Shown: positions 41,401-50,170, counted from the stretch's first letter. The stretch: DNA of 64,000 bases from Bacteroidia bacterium (GCA_030429835.1 JAUIGC010000002.1:524-64523), one strand, 5' to 3'. Program-made: numbers and translations. Notes: generated by a model from the letters alone, not told the origin.

Positions 41401-41642
41401 TCCTCTTTTCGCTGACCTATATAGGAAAACACAAGGACCTGGCCCGGGGAAACCTCAATGGCATAGTTTCCATCAAAATCGGTTTGAATTCCTGAAGTGG
41501 TGCCCTTTATCAAAATATTGACACCAGGTAATGGAACACCCCCTTCATCAACTACATTACCCGTTACGGTTTTTTGTTGTGAATATGCCCATGTCATTCC
41601 CGTGAGAAAAAGCATAAACAACCAAATACATTTTTTTTTCAT
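38409..41642 (-). CDS. SusC/RagA TonB-dependent receptor
   Basis: LEEVIVTAQGIKRE, PLFVVNGIP, ILKGLSATVLYG..GRNGVVLITTK plug; C-terminal Phe. Confidence 0.96.
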   Translation of the reverse strand: MKKKCIWLFMLFLTGMTWAYSQQKTVTGNVVDEGGVPLPGVNILIKGTTSGIQTDFDGNYAIEVSPGQVLVFSYIGQRKEERTVGSENVINVTMVEDAAQLEEVIVTAQGIKREKKALGYAITTLGEDAVQSRPEADIARVLNGKVAGVNIVGTGGLAGSGTNITIRGSVSITGNNQPLFVVNGIPFNTNTNAESNVSTGNGSVSASSRFLDIDPNNIANISILKGLSATVLYGDAGRNGVVLITTKTGQTDAIEKGFEITASQSVFVNQIANLPEYQNTYGQGGDNSVNVGFVGNWGGRFDGNFTVRHPYNDARLANSFPEFQGVNIPYEPYKDNIKDFFRQGIGTTTSINASKSKEDVSYNFNFGHTDEDGFVPGNNIKRVSFGLGGSMKLSNKITISGAFNFSTSDFTTPPVSADNGTGNFSIFTRTLFIPRNFDLPNLPYQDPINGSSVYYRTDQENPLWLVDNAQESIDVNRFFNSISTNYDINDNLALTYRLGYDTYTEKQQFYINKGGVSSILAQNGFLKTTAAINTIWDHSLILSLKDVRFSEKLGLNGTLGFNANSERYDKFGVASTGQVVFGFIDHNNFATQSNADPLGSSLDFKQTENTLGLYGQLQFDYDSFLYVTLAGRNDWTSTIEQSNRSLFYPSASMSIVPTSAFPEMQSDFLNFLKLRFGYGTSAGFPSPYNTRNILALGTSLFTDRGGRTINVNSSSALQTGLDVFPNPELKAELHREFELGLETNLWKNRINLETSVFKRDSKDQILSKILDSSTGFDRTTINAGKINTKGIEVNLGITPFNNLEGFRWTSNWIFFAAESEVVDLPGGDDVFISGFSNNGNYAVEGQPLGVIKGSYALKDDEGNYLINPTTGNIFDSSAVGLDDEIIGDPNPDWKATSINTFGYKSLSLSAQLEYTHGGDFSSNTIANLLRRGVTRDTENREGTFVTPGFYADPSTGELLLDANGNKIPNAIQQGANEVYFLNYLDPSGQQIFDGSVWRLREVSLTYDLPRKFLKDSFIGSLSFSVLGQNLWYWAPNVPKYTNFDPEVISTGVGNGSGLDFQTTPTSKKYGFSIKATF

Positions 41643-41795
41643 ACTTAAAGATTTAAATGAGTTAGCTATGAATCCAATAATACAAGTGATAGTCTTTTTG
41701 GTTTATATCCGTAATTGGTGCGACGCACTTTTAAGAAATGGAAATGGTTTTTTGGATATTACCTTTAGAGCCATTGTTGCATTAGTCATTCAGGC

Positions 41796-41876
41796 CAAAG
41801 TAAATGGGTCCCATGTTCATTCTGGGAAATGCTTATAAACGTTTACCGTTCCGATGAATCTTTACTTGTGGTTTAC
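41796..41876 (-). promoter_or_regulatory. Conserved activator-box/promoter, copy 2 (susC promoter)
   Basis: CAAA(41796)-N24-gggaaatgct-tataaacgtttaccgttccgatgaatctttactt; 33/43 identity to copy 1 from TATAAAC onward. Confidence 0.7.
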
Positions 41877-42044
41877 GTTTTATAACAAATAGACCGAATT
41901 GGGTTATATTTTTGATAATGTAAAATAAATTACAGCGATATGCGTATTTCTCAATTTTTAAAAATGAATATTGATGACTGTTAAAAATGTGAATGGTGTG
42001 AGGGTATGTTAAAGGCAGAATGACTTTGAGAAGAAATATTGGTG

Positions 42045-42156
42045 CAAAGTGCAGCCCTGAAGGGTTTGATGACTAATTCAAACAAAACTCCTGAGGTTTT
42101 TAATGCTATTTCCTTTGGAAGATGTACTTCAGAGCTGCTTTATACATTGCAAAAAC
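42045..42156 (-). ncRNA. Candidate structured ncRNA copy 2 (6S-Flavo-like)
   Basis: Closing stem gcagctctgaag/cttcagggctgc; internal GGAGTTTTGTTTGAATTAG; homologous to copy 1; ends approximate. Confidence 0.6.
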
Positions 42157-42161
42157 CAATT

Positions 42162-42221
42162 CAAAGAAACATGCTCCATATTAAAAAAGGGGAAACACCT
42201 ATAAACGTTTACGTAGCCGAT
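42162..42221 (-). promoter_or_regulatory. Conserved activator-box/promoter, copy 3
   Basis: CAAA(42162)-N24-gggaaacacc-tataaacgtttacgtagccgat. Confidence 0.65.
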
Positions 42222-42238
42222 TGAAGGTTACTAAGTTT

Positions 42239-43762
42239 TTACGATCTAATAACCTCGGAGCAAACTTTCCTCTGGTATTCGCTCGGTGTAACCCGAGTGT
42301 CTTTTTTGAAGGCTTTGTTGAAGGTTACTTTATTATTAAACCCGACCTCATAGGCCACATCAATGATGTTGAGGTTCTTTTGAAAATCCGTATTAAAAAT
42401 TTCCTTTGCCTCGTTGATTCTATATGTGTTCACCAGTTCATTAAAGTTCATATTAAAGTGTTCATTGATGACCTGGGACGCATTGTGCCTAGTTGTGTTG
42501 AGCCTTTGGGCTACTTTTTCAAGGTTTAAATCATTTTCCTTGTGAATTTTTTCAACCTCAAAAAGTCTAATAAGGTGTTCTCTAAGTTCATGTGAAAGGC
42601 TATTGGTCAATCCTGATTTTTCGTATTTAAAGAAAAGATTTTTAAAGGAAGATGTTCCATTGAATACATTGGGTTGGACATTGGCGCAATAGCCAATATA
42701 CATGACCATTGCGGCCATACAGATAATTTGAAAATGAATTAAGAAATCCGCCATTTGGTAATTGGTGATTAAAAGGCCATAGGCCGCATAACAAAAAACA
42801 TACGAAATATGAATGAAATAGATATTTCTTTGCCAAATTCTGTTTTCCTTATTTATGCCTTCTTGTTTTTTTGATTTTCTATACAACTTTCTTATATAAA
42901 AACCATAAACTATCAAGGATATAAGCTTGAGAATAACGATTATCATTAACTCAGTGGAAACGCCAAGATTAAGACTTCCACCCGAATTCCCTTGAATTAA
43001 GTTAAACTTTTCCTCAGCGGGTAGTAGGTATATTGGTGTAGCATAGACCAGAAAAAGAACGGTAGGTAAAAGATGCCATATATCCTTTACCCTAAATTTA
43101 TATTTCTGAGTTGTTCTTTTAAAATAAAAATAGAGAAGCGGCCCGTATAAAAAACTAAATCCGGTTGACATTAAATATGTATGTGGGAATTTATAGTGAT
43201 AATTGGTGATATTGAAACAAATATGGAGAATAAAAAAAGAGTGGATAAATATGAAACTGCTAATTAAAATCTTGGCAACCTTATCTATTTTTTTATTAAA
43301 ATGGATAACTACAGCAGTATAAAAACCAATCAGGCATACATATAGATACAAGAAGGACCAGATAGTAAACTTAGGGTTGTATTTCTCTGAAACCTCGACA
43401 AATTGATCTGTTTCCCTAATTTCATCGAACCAAGAGTCGGCCAAAACATCCGTATTGAAATCTGCATGTAAATATTCTTCAATGTAGGATATGCTATGGT
43501 CCACGTCATTGAGTGCAGAATAGCTTTGGGCCATTTTTTTTAGGACGGGAGCGGGTTCCATAACTTCCATTTCCAGTACTTCCTTGTAGCTTTCAATGGC
43601 CTCTGGAAATTTTTTCTCGGAAAATAGAATATTTGCTTTGTCCAATACTGGTTGAGACACTTTTTTTCCATTGACCTTTAAAGGGTCTATTGCAATGCTG
43701 GTTTTGGAAAGTCCATAAGTGCTCAACAGTAAGAATGTGATTAAGATTCTTATTTGTAGCAT
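42239..43762 (-). CDS. Membrane-anchored AraC-family regulator (signal peptide, TPR-like periplasmic domain, about 7 TM helices, C-terminal AraC HTH)
   Basis: C-terminal NFNELVNTYRINEAK...IIDVAYEVGFNNKVTFNKAFKKDTRVTPSEY; hydrophobic core with FLYGPLLYFY and WHLLP. Confidence 0.92.
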   Translation of the reverse strand: MLQIRILITFLLLSTYGLSKTSIAIDPLKVNGKKVSQPVLDKANILFSEKKFPEAIESYKEVLEMEVMEPAPVLKKMAQSYSALNDVDHSISYIEEYLHADFNTDVLADSWFDEIRETDQFVEVSEKYNPKFTIWSFLYLYVCLIGFYTAVVIHFNKKIDKVAKILISSFIFIHSFFILHICFNITNYHYKFPHTYLMSTGFSFLYGPLLYFYFKRTTQKYKFRVKDIWHLLPTVLFLVYATPIYLLPAEEKFNLIQGNSGGSLNLGVSTELMIIVILKLISLIVYGFYIRKLYRKSKKQEGINKENRIWQRNIYFIHISYVFCYAAYGLLITNYQMADFLIHFQIICMAAMVMYIGYCANVQPNVFNGTSSFKNLFFKYEKSGLTNSLSHELREHLIRLFEVEKIHKENDLNLEKVAQRLNTTRHNASQVINEHFNMNFNELVNTYRINEAKEIFNTDFQKNLNIIDVAYEVGFNNKVTFNKAFKKDTRVTPSEYQRKVCSEVIRS

Positions 43763-43925
43763 GATTACTATTTAGATTGATGAATTAGCAATGTCTTAAA
43801 TTAATCATAATATGGGACACATTTCTTAAAAACCTCTTAAAATGGTAAACCCCGATAATACTTTACTATGGACAAAGTCTAGAAAATTGGCAGCAAGAAT
43901 GGTAGAAATCAAATTGGTTATAAAC

Positions 43926-43953
43926 AAAAAACCGGTGCTCCCACCGGTTTTTT
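43926..43953. terminator. Intrinsic terminator hairpin with A/T runs on both sides
   Basis: aaaaaaccggtg-ctcc-caccggtttttt. Confidence 0.8.
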
Positions 43954-44096
43954 ACTAACTAACTCAAAAAATACTAACTCAAAATTTTGAAAAAATAAGA
44001 ATTACTTTAACATATTATACCACCTATAAGAGACTGATATATAAAAATTTAACGCAGTATAAAACCCTTTATTGTGCTGAGTGATAAAAAAATAAA

Positions 44097-44801
44097 TTAA
44101 TCTTGCAAGGCAAAGACTCTGCGCAGCAAATCCGTTGTTCTGGATGCTACATTATTCCTAATTTCCTTCTCTTCAATGGCAATCATGGTAAATACTCCAT
44201 TAAGGGCCTCTTGGGTCACGTAATCGGTCAAATCTGGATTTACATTGTTTGTTAAAGGAATGGCATTATACCTGTTTATTAGATTGCTCCATATTTGATC
44301 AGCTCCCACTTTTTCAAACGAGGATTTTATAACGGGGTTGAATTTACCATATAAAGCTGTACGGGTTCTTTGTGATAAATAGTTGGTGGCTGCATTATCT
44401 TCACCTAGCAAAATGGATTTGGCATCGTTAAATGTCATGCCTTTAACAGCATCAACAAATATGGGAGTCGCCTCAGAAACTGCGTCCTCTGCGGCTCTAT
44501 TCAAAACCTTTAGCCCTTCATCTGCTAAATTTCCTAACCCTATATCCCTTAAAGTTTTGTCCACTTTTCTCAATTCTTCCGGTAATAGGATTTTTACCAG
44601 TTCATTTTTAAAGAAGCCGTCCGTTTTAGTCAGTTTATCAACCTGGTCCGAGATACCCTTTTCAAGGGCGGCCTTGAGTCCGTTCGCAATTTCAGCGTTC
44701 CCTAAAGTGGTTCCAGAGGGTAGTTGATTAACTACTTGTTGTAATTCATTGCAGGAGACAATCATGAATAAAACTGCAATTATGCCAAACTTTCTGCTCA
44801 T
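44097..44801 (-). CDS. DUF4197 family lipoprotein
   Basis: Lipobox IVSC; GLKAAL..G, DGF, LNRAAEDA, ATPIF, EEKEIR..VASRTTDLL..VF. Confidence 0.85.
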   Translation of the reverse strand: MSRKFGIIAVLFMIVSCNELQQVVNQLPSGTTLGNAEIANGLKAALEKGISDQVDKLTKTDGFFKNELVKILLPEELRKVDKTLRDIGLGNLADEGLKVLNRAAEDAVSEATPIFVDAVKGMTFNDAKSILLGEDNAATNYLSQRTRTALYGKFNPVIKSSFEKVGADQIWSNLINRYNAIPLTNNVNPDLTDYVTQEALNGVFTMIAIEEKEIRNNVASRTTDLLRRVFALQD

Positions 44802-44832
44802 AATCTATTATTAGAAATTGATCTTAAAAGGT

Positions 44833-45699
44833 TTACGAGAAAATTACGGTTTTATTGTTATAGACCATCGTTTTTCTATGTACGTGAAGTTTTACCGCCC
44901 TTGACAAAACTATTTTTTCCAAATCACGGCCCTTGCTAATAAAGTCTGAAATGGAATGTATGTGGGATACCGGGGTTACGTCCTGTTCTATAATTGGACC
45001 CGCATCCAACTCTTCGGTCACATAGTGACTCGTGGCCCCAATAATTTTAACACCCCTTTCAAAAGCCGCATGGTATGGTTTAGCTCCTGCGAAAGCAGGT
45101 AAAAATGAATGGTGAATATTTATAATTTTATCCGGATACATATTGATTAAATTACCACTAACAATCTGCATGTACCGGGCCAACACTATAAAATCTACTT
45201 CATATTCCTTAAGAAGTGCTATTTGTTTTTCTTCGCATATAGTACGATTTTCACTGTTGAAGGGTACATAATGGTAAGGTATATCAAATTGATCTGCAAC
45301 ATATTGCAAATCAGGATGGTTGCTTAATATAAAGGGTATTTCTACGGGAAGCTCTCCAGAATTAAACCGACTTAGTAAGTCATATAGGCAATGGTTGTAT
45401 TTGGAAACGAAAATGGCCATTTTTGGCTTTTTACTATCGGTGTGCAAACTCCATTGCATAGCGTAATTATCCGCCAACTCTGCATTGAATTTTTTTTCAA
45501 GTAATTCTAGATCAACGGTCTCAAAATCACTCTCTAAACGCATAAAAAAAACATTGGCCGATTTGTCAACGTGTTGGTCCAGATATACGATATTGCCCTT
45601 ATGGGCGTGGATAAATCCAGTAACTGAACTTATGATACCTTTCTGATCGGGACAATGAATTAAAATAATAATTTTCAAGACGAATGGATTAAAAATCAA
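44833..45699 (-). CDS. purU: Formyltetrahydrofolate deformylase
   Basis: CPDQKGI, VLARYMQI, IINIHHSFLPAF.GAKPYH, GATSHYVT..LDAGPIIEQDV; true start may be TTG 45678. Confidence 0.95.
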   Translation of the reverse strand: MIFNPFVLKIIILIHCPDQKGIISSVTGFIHAHKGNIVYLDQHVDKSANVFFMRLESDFETVDLELLEKKFNAELADNYAMQWSLHTDSKKPKMAIFVSKYNHCLYDLLSRFNSGELPVEIPFILSNHPDLQYVADQFDIPYHYVPFNSENRTICEEKQIALLKEYEVDFIVLARYMQIVSGNLINMYPDKIINIHHSFLPAFAGAKPYHAAFERGVKIIGATSHYVTEELDAGPIIEQDVTPVSHIHSISDFISKGRDLEKIVLSRAVKLHVHRKTMVYNNKTVIFS

Positions 45700-45782
45700 A
45701 AATAGGTCATTCCAATTTAGTGAAATAACCTAATTTCAGTTTCGTTTTTGCCAATCGATGATAAATTATGTGATATTTATAA

Positions 45783-46172
45783 TTATCTTATGGAAACCTT
45801 CCATCTCCTGTAGTATTTTCTAAAGCTTTTAAGCTCGGAGCGTAGGAGGTTAATATATTCCGTTTCTTTGACCCCGTCTTTTTCCAGGCCAAGACAATAG
45901 GAATTTATGTTTCGTATCATAATGTTGATAAAGGAAACATGTTGTAATTTTTCAGAAGGGGAACGGGATGACTCAACCAAAGCAATTTTTTGTGGAATTA
46001 AAATGGCATCCGTTAAAATGGAATTTGCAATGATATCCCTAAGACTATTGCTTTCGCATAAGCGCAAAAGATCCTTATTAAAAGAAACATAAGAGGCTAT
46101 TTCCCTGCTCATTTTGCAGAGCTCCAATGCCTTTTTATATACAGGAATATTTCTAAGATTTCTATGGGACAT
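45783..46172 (-). CDS. Four-helix-bundle (23S-IVP-like) hypothetical protein
   Basis: N-terminal L..IPVYKKALEL and all-helical composition. Confidence 0.5.
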   Translation of the reverse strand: MSHRNLRNIPVYKKALELCKMSREIASYVSFNKDLLRLCESNSLRDIIANSILTDAILIPQKIALVESSRSPSEKLQHVSFINIMIRNINSYCLGLEKDGVKETEYINLLRSELKSFRKYYRRWKVSIR

Positions 46173-46293
46173 TCTAAGTATTTTAAACTTATAATTATAT
46201 AAAATTACGACAGGAAAACGGATTTTATCTTTTGTTTGTTAAGCTATTTATTAAATTTACTTTGTATTAGAAAATTTAATCATATTAAAAATT

Positions 46294-46746
46294 ATGAATC
46301 AAAAGATAGACGAACTCAACTGGAAAATCCTGGAAAAGCTTCAAGATAACGCCAGGGAATCCTTTGCCCATATAGGTAGGTCTATAGGTTTAACGGCACC
46401 TGCAGTTGGGGAACGGGTCAAGAAGATGGAGGACATAGGAATAATAACAGGATATCATGCCAAGGTTTCGCATGCCCACACAGGTCATCAGTTAAAGGCC
46501 ATCATTACCCTAAGGGCATTTATGGGTAAACTGAAGCCCTTTTTGTCCATAGTAAATAGTTTTGATGAAGTGGTGAATTGTTATAGGATAACCGGAAATG
46601 AAAATATTGTCATGGAAGTAGTTCTAAAGGATCAATTCCATTTGGAAAAATTTATTGATAGATTAATTCAGTATGGTGAAACAAGAACCAATATTGTTCT
46701 TTCCCAAGTAATTACCAATGCCCCAATGAATCCATTACGAAAATAG
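46294..46746 (+). CDS. Lrp/AsnC family transcriptional regulator
   Basis: ILEKLQDNAR.S...IGLTAPAV.ERVKKME..GII.GY; CYRITG. Confidence 0.93.
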   Translation: MNQKIDELNWKILEKLQDNARESFAHIGRSIGLTAPAVGERVKKMEDIGIITGYHAKVSHAHTGHQLKAIITLRAFMGKLKPFLSIVNSFDEVVNCYRITGNENIVMEVVLKDQFHLEKFIDRLIQYGETRTNIVLSQVITNAPMNPLRK

Positions 46747-46845
46747 ATAGTTCATTGTAATAATTACTATGGGAATCTCTAGGAATGAAATCAATATTTC
46801 AATTTAGCTTTAGTTTTTGGCTAGATTTTTGTTGTAGTTTTAAAT

Positions 46846-48261
46846 ATGAAAAAATTACTACCTCTGATTTTTTTGGTCTTACCCCTGACCAATTTTTCAC
46901 AGCAACTTAAAATTGCAAAGGGTACCATAAACGATAGTTTGGCGGTTCAGGGAGAGTTGGGAGAATCATTTTCTCTGTACTTGCCCACCACATTTAGTAT
47001 GTCGCGCACTTGGCCGGTCCTATTCCTTTTTGATATGAAAGGGAACAGCAGGGCAACGATATCCATGTTTACCGCAGCGGCTGAAGAAGAAGGTTATATA
47101 TTGGCCAGTTCCAATGAAATAAGAGACACCCTAAGTCTTTCACAGAATGTATTGATTGCCAATAGAATGTTGAATACGGTCTATGAAATGGTTCCCATAC
47201 ATAAAGAACGAAGCTATGTTGGGGGTATTGGTGACGGAGGAAGATTTGCCACGCTATTGCCTACATTTATAAAAGATATTAGTGGCGTTCTTACCTGCGG
47301 AGCCGCGATTGCCAATACTGAAGTGCTTACAAGAAAAAATCCCTTTTATTTTATAGGAATAGCAGGTAGGGCAGATTATAACTATCGTGAACTGTTAGAA
47401 AGCAAAATCGTTTTGGACAATCTTAAGTTTCCAAATTTGTTAATTCTTTTTGAAGGCGAACATCAATGGGCTCCCAAGGAAGAAATAGTTAGGGCCCTAA
47501 GATCTTTCACCCTGTCTGAAATGGCCAAGGGAAATGTTCCTAAAAATGACAGTCTTGTCAAAGATTATTACGAAAGCTCATTAGTGAAAGCGAATGAACT
47601 CCTATCGAATGACAAACCCTTGTTGGCGGAAAATGTATTGGACAACGTAATTGAGGTCTATAATCCTTTTGGTGATTGGGATTCACTAAAAATATCCAAA
47701 AGAACTCTTGTGCGAAGTAAAACGTATAGGACAAATAAGCGTTTGCAGAATAATTATTTTTTAAAGGAAGCCTTGACCAAGGAAGACTATGGATATTATT
47801 TGGAAGAAGATATTCTCACTTATAATTACAACAATTTGGGCTGGTGGAATTATCAAATGTCTGAATTGGATAAAATGGACAAGAGCAGCAATGAATTTGA
47901 AAAGAGAATGTCCAGTAGGCTACGGGGTTTTTTAAATGCATTGATTTCAGATAATATTAATATCATATCGACCGATAAGCAAGTGGATTTGGAAGCCCTA
48001 AACTTTTTGAATCAGCTTAAAACGATAACAGACCCCAAAAATCCTGATAATTATCTGAAAGTGATTTCATATAGTTCACAAATTGAGGACTATGGGACCG
48101 CAATTTTCTATTTGGAAGAATTGTTAAAAACGGGGTATGACAATAAGGAGGAATTATATAATCTAGAGCACACCGCATTATTTAGAATTACCCCGGAGTT
48201 CAATGCAATGATAGCGAAGTATCTAAAAGATGCTCGTTATGATTTAATTGAAGAAAATTAG
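46846..48261 (+). CDS. Secreted alpha/beta-hydrolase-fold protein with a helical C-terminal domain
   Basis: Signal peptide; SLYLP....WPVLFLFD, FEGEHQW; the elbow reads GGIGDGG (no Ser). Confidence 0.55.
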   Translation: MKKLLPLIFLVLPLTNFSQQLKIAKGTINDSLAVQGELGESFSLYLPTTFSMSRTWPVLFLFDMKGNSRATISMFTAAAEEEGYILASSNEIRDTLSLSQNVLIANRMLNTVYEMVPIHKERSYVGGIGDGGRFATLLPTFIKDISGVLTCGAAIANTEVLTRKNPFYFIGIAGRADYNYRELLESKIVLDNLKFPNLLILFEGEHQWAPKEEIVRALRSFTLSEMAKGNVPKNDSLVKDYYESSLVKANELLSNDKPLLAENVLDNVIEVYNPFGDWDSLKISKRTLVRSKTYRTNKRLQNNYFLKEALTKEDYGYYLEEDILTYNYNNLGWWNYQMSELDKMDKSSNEFEKRMSSRLRGFLNALISDNINIISTDKQVDLEALNFLNQLKTITDPKNPDNYLKVISYSSQIEDYGTAIFYLEELLKTGYDNKEELYNLEHTALFRITPEFNAMIAKYLKDARYDLIEEN

Positions 48262-48342
48262 AATCCCGCACTCAGATCATCAATTGGAAGGAAGTGAATT
48301 TTATAAATAGATGATATCGTACTTTTGTGAAAAAGTATAATC

Positions 48343-48996
48343 ATGAATCGAACAAGGGTAATAGCCTTACTTTCAGTTTTAGTTTTACTTGGATGTAAGG
48401 AAGAAAAAAAATATCATGACGAAAAGACCGATGTCGTTGCCCAAGCACCTACGGACAAGATTGCCGAAATTCTGGCGCACCAACAAAAACTTAATAACGA
48501 GTTTAAGGACCCTGAGGAGTCCCCATTACCGGATAGGTTTCGAAAGGATTTTAACGGTCTGGATTTTTTCGTTCCTGACACGAGCTATGTTGTGGAGGCA
48601 GAATTTATAAGAACACCTGATGCTCTACCATTTTTAATGCCTACAACAACGGATAGGCAATCTGAAGAAGTGGTATATGCCAAAGTCAAATTTGAACTGA
48701 AGGGAAAACCTTTTATGTTGGAAGTGTACCAAAATTCCGAACTTATGAAAAAGGAGGGATACGGGGATTATCTTTTTCTGCCTTTCACAGATTTGACCAA
48801 TGGTGAGGAAACCTACGGCGGAGGGCGCTACATGGACTTAAGAATCCCAAAAGGAGATAAGATAACTTTGGATTTCAACAAGGCCTACAATCCATATTGT
48901 GCCTACAATAAAAAATATTCTTGTCCCCTTGTACCTGCAATAAATCATTTGGATACAAAGATATTGGCCGGAGTCAAAAAATTCGATAAAAAATAA
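48343..48996 (+). CDS. DUF1684 family lipoprotein
   Basis: Lipobox LLGC; LFLPFTDLTNG.ETYGGGRY, LDFNKAYNPYCAYN..YSCP. Confidence 0.9.
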   Translation: MNRTRVIALLSVLVLLGCKEEKKYHDEKTDVVAQAPTDKIAEILAHQQKLNNEFKDPEESPLPDRFRKDFNGLDFFVPDTSYVVEAEFIRTPDALPFLMPTTTDRQSEEVVYAKVKFELKGKPFMLEVYQNSELMKKEGYGDYLFLPFTDLTNGEETYGGGRYMDLRIPKGDKITLDFNKAYNPYCAYNKKYSCPLVPAINHLDTKILAGVKKFDKK

Positions 48997-49020
48997 AACC
49001 CGGTGAAATCACCGGGTTTT
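48995..49020. terminator. Bidirectional terminator
   Basis: aaaacccggtga-aa-tcaccgggtttt. Confidence 0.8.
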
Positions 49021-49055
49021 CAATATATAAAATCAATTAGTCCTTGTTTTTTTGC

Positions 49056-50099
49056 TTAGAAAGAGTAGATGGCTGCAATCGCAAAAGAAGAAAGACTATT
49101 AGTTGTACCTCCGTTACTATCAAAGAAAGGTTCGTTATCTTTCCCAAAGCTATCTAATCGAATTTCTGGTTTTATGATTAAATTTTCTTTGGTGTAACTT
49201 CCTGTTAAGGTAAGAGCAGTTACGGGTACATCGTCTAAACCATCCGCAGTGTAAGCAAAATATTCTCCCCTTAGTCCAATTGCAAAACTGTCCGAAGTTG
49301 TCACTTGCGGATAAATAGCTGCTCCATAGAATCCACTTTCAGTTTCTGAATTGTCATTGTAGGCAGCATTAATTCCGAAGAAAAAACTATCTGTAATATC
49401 GAAACCTCCGGTATAATCAATTTCGAAACCAAGACCACCGGCAGTTGGACTACCTCCATCGTAGTAAAGGTTCAAATATTGACCATAAACACCTAATTGT
49501 CCTCCAACAGCATATACACCTGAACCACTAATGTCATTTGTATCCCAAGGGTTGGTGATGGCAAGCATTAAACTTACATCATCCGAAAAGGCAAAATCAG
49601 CTTTAGCGCCAAGGTGTGAAAAGGGACCATTTGAAAATAAGTAGGAAACACTATAATTGAAGTTGGCTGCAGGGGCAATAACTTCATACCCTACCCAAGT
49701 ATTGAAACGACCTACGGTTAGGGTAGTTTTCTCTGAAACATTCCAATAGGCATAAGCTTGGTTGATAATACCGTTTAAAACATCGTTGTTAAACGTGGCC
49801 TCTGTACCTCTAGGTCCAAAAACCAAATCTACAACTACACCAGTTTTTCCCATTTCATAAGTTCCAATTAAATTGGCCATACCCAAAGCAAATCCAGTTT
49901 GGTTCGCAAAGGATGTTGGTGTAGCGGTAGTTGCATCTCCGCCGTCTTTGAACGTGGTTCTGTAATAAGCATCAATAGAACCACTCAAAGTGAATTTTGA
50001 AGTACTTTCCTCTTCTTGGGCAACAGCTATTACTGAAAATAGTGACAATGCTGTTAGAAAGATATTTTTTGCGAATTTTGTATTTATAATCTGTTTCAT
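49056..50099 (-). CDS. Outer-membrane beta-barrel porin (BBP2/OmpL-like) in the amt operon
   Basis: Signal peptide; SGSIDAYY, QAY, G.FNT.VGYEVI....NFNYS.SYLF..GPF.H.G; C-terminal YSF. Confidence 0.8.
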   Translation of the reverse strand: MKQIINTKFAKNIFLTALSLFSVIAVAQEEESTSKFTLSGSIDAYYRTTFKDGGDATTATPTSFANQTGFALGMANLIGTYEMGKTGVVVDLVFGPRGTEATFNNDVLNGIINQAYAYWNVSEKTTLTVGRFNTWVGYEVIAPAANFNYSVSYLFSNGPFSHLGAKADFAFSDDVSLMLAITNPWDTNDISGSGVYAVGGQLGVYGQYLNLYYDGGSPTAGGLGFEIDYTGGFDITDSFFFGINAAYNDNSETESGFYGAAIYPQVTTSDSFAIGLRGEYFAYTADGLDDVPVTALTLTGSYTKENLIIKPEIRLDSFGKDNEPFFDSNGGTTNSLSSFAIAAIYSF

Positions 50100-50170
50100 A
50101 AATTTTAATTTTAAATCCTTCTTTGGATTATTGTTAAATGATTGATAGAATTTTTTGAAAGGGTTATGTA

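Noticed and set aside
41631-41639. A9 run right after the susC start codon as a phase-variation switch
   Set aside because: Encodes the usual MKKK signal-peptide n-region in an AT-rich genome; the frame is intact
42039-42224. 61-aa plus-strand ORF between susC and araC
   Set aside because: TTG start, no recognisable features, and it overlies the ncRNA and promoter box, whose second copy does not preserve this reading frame
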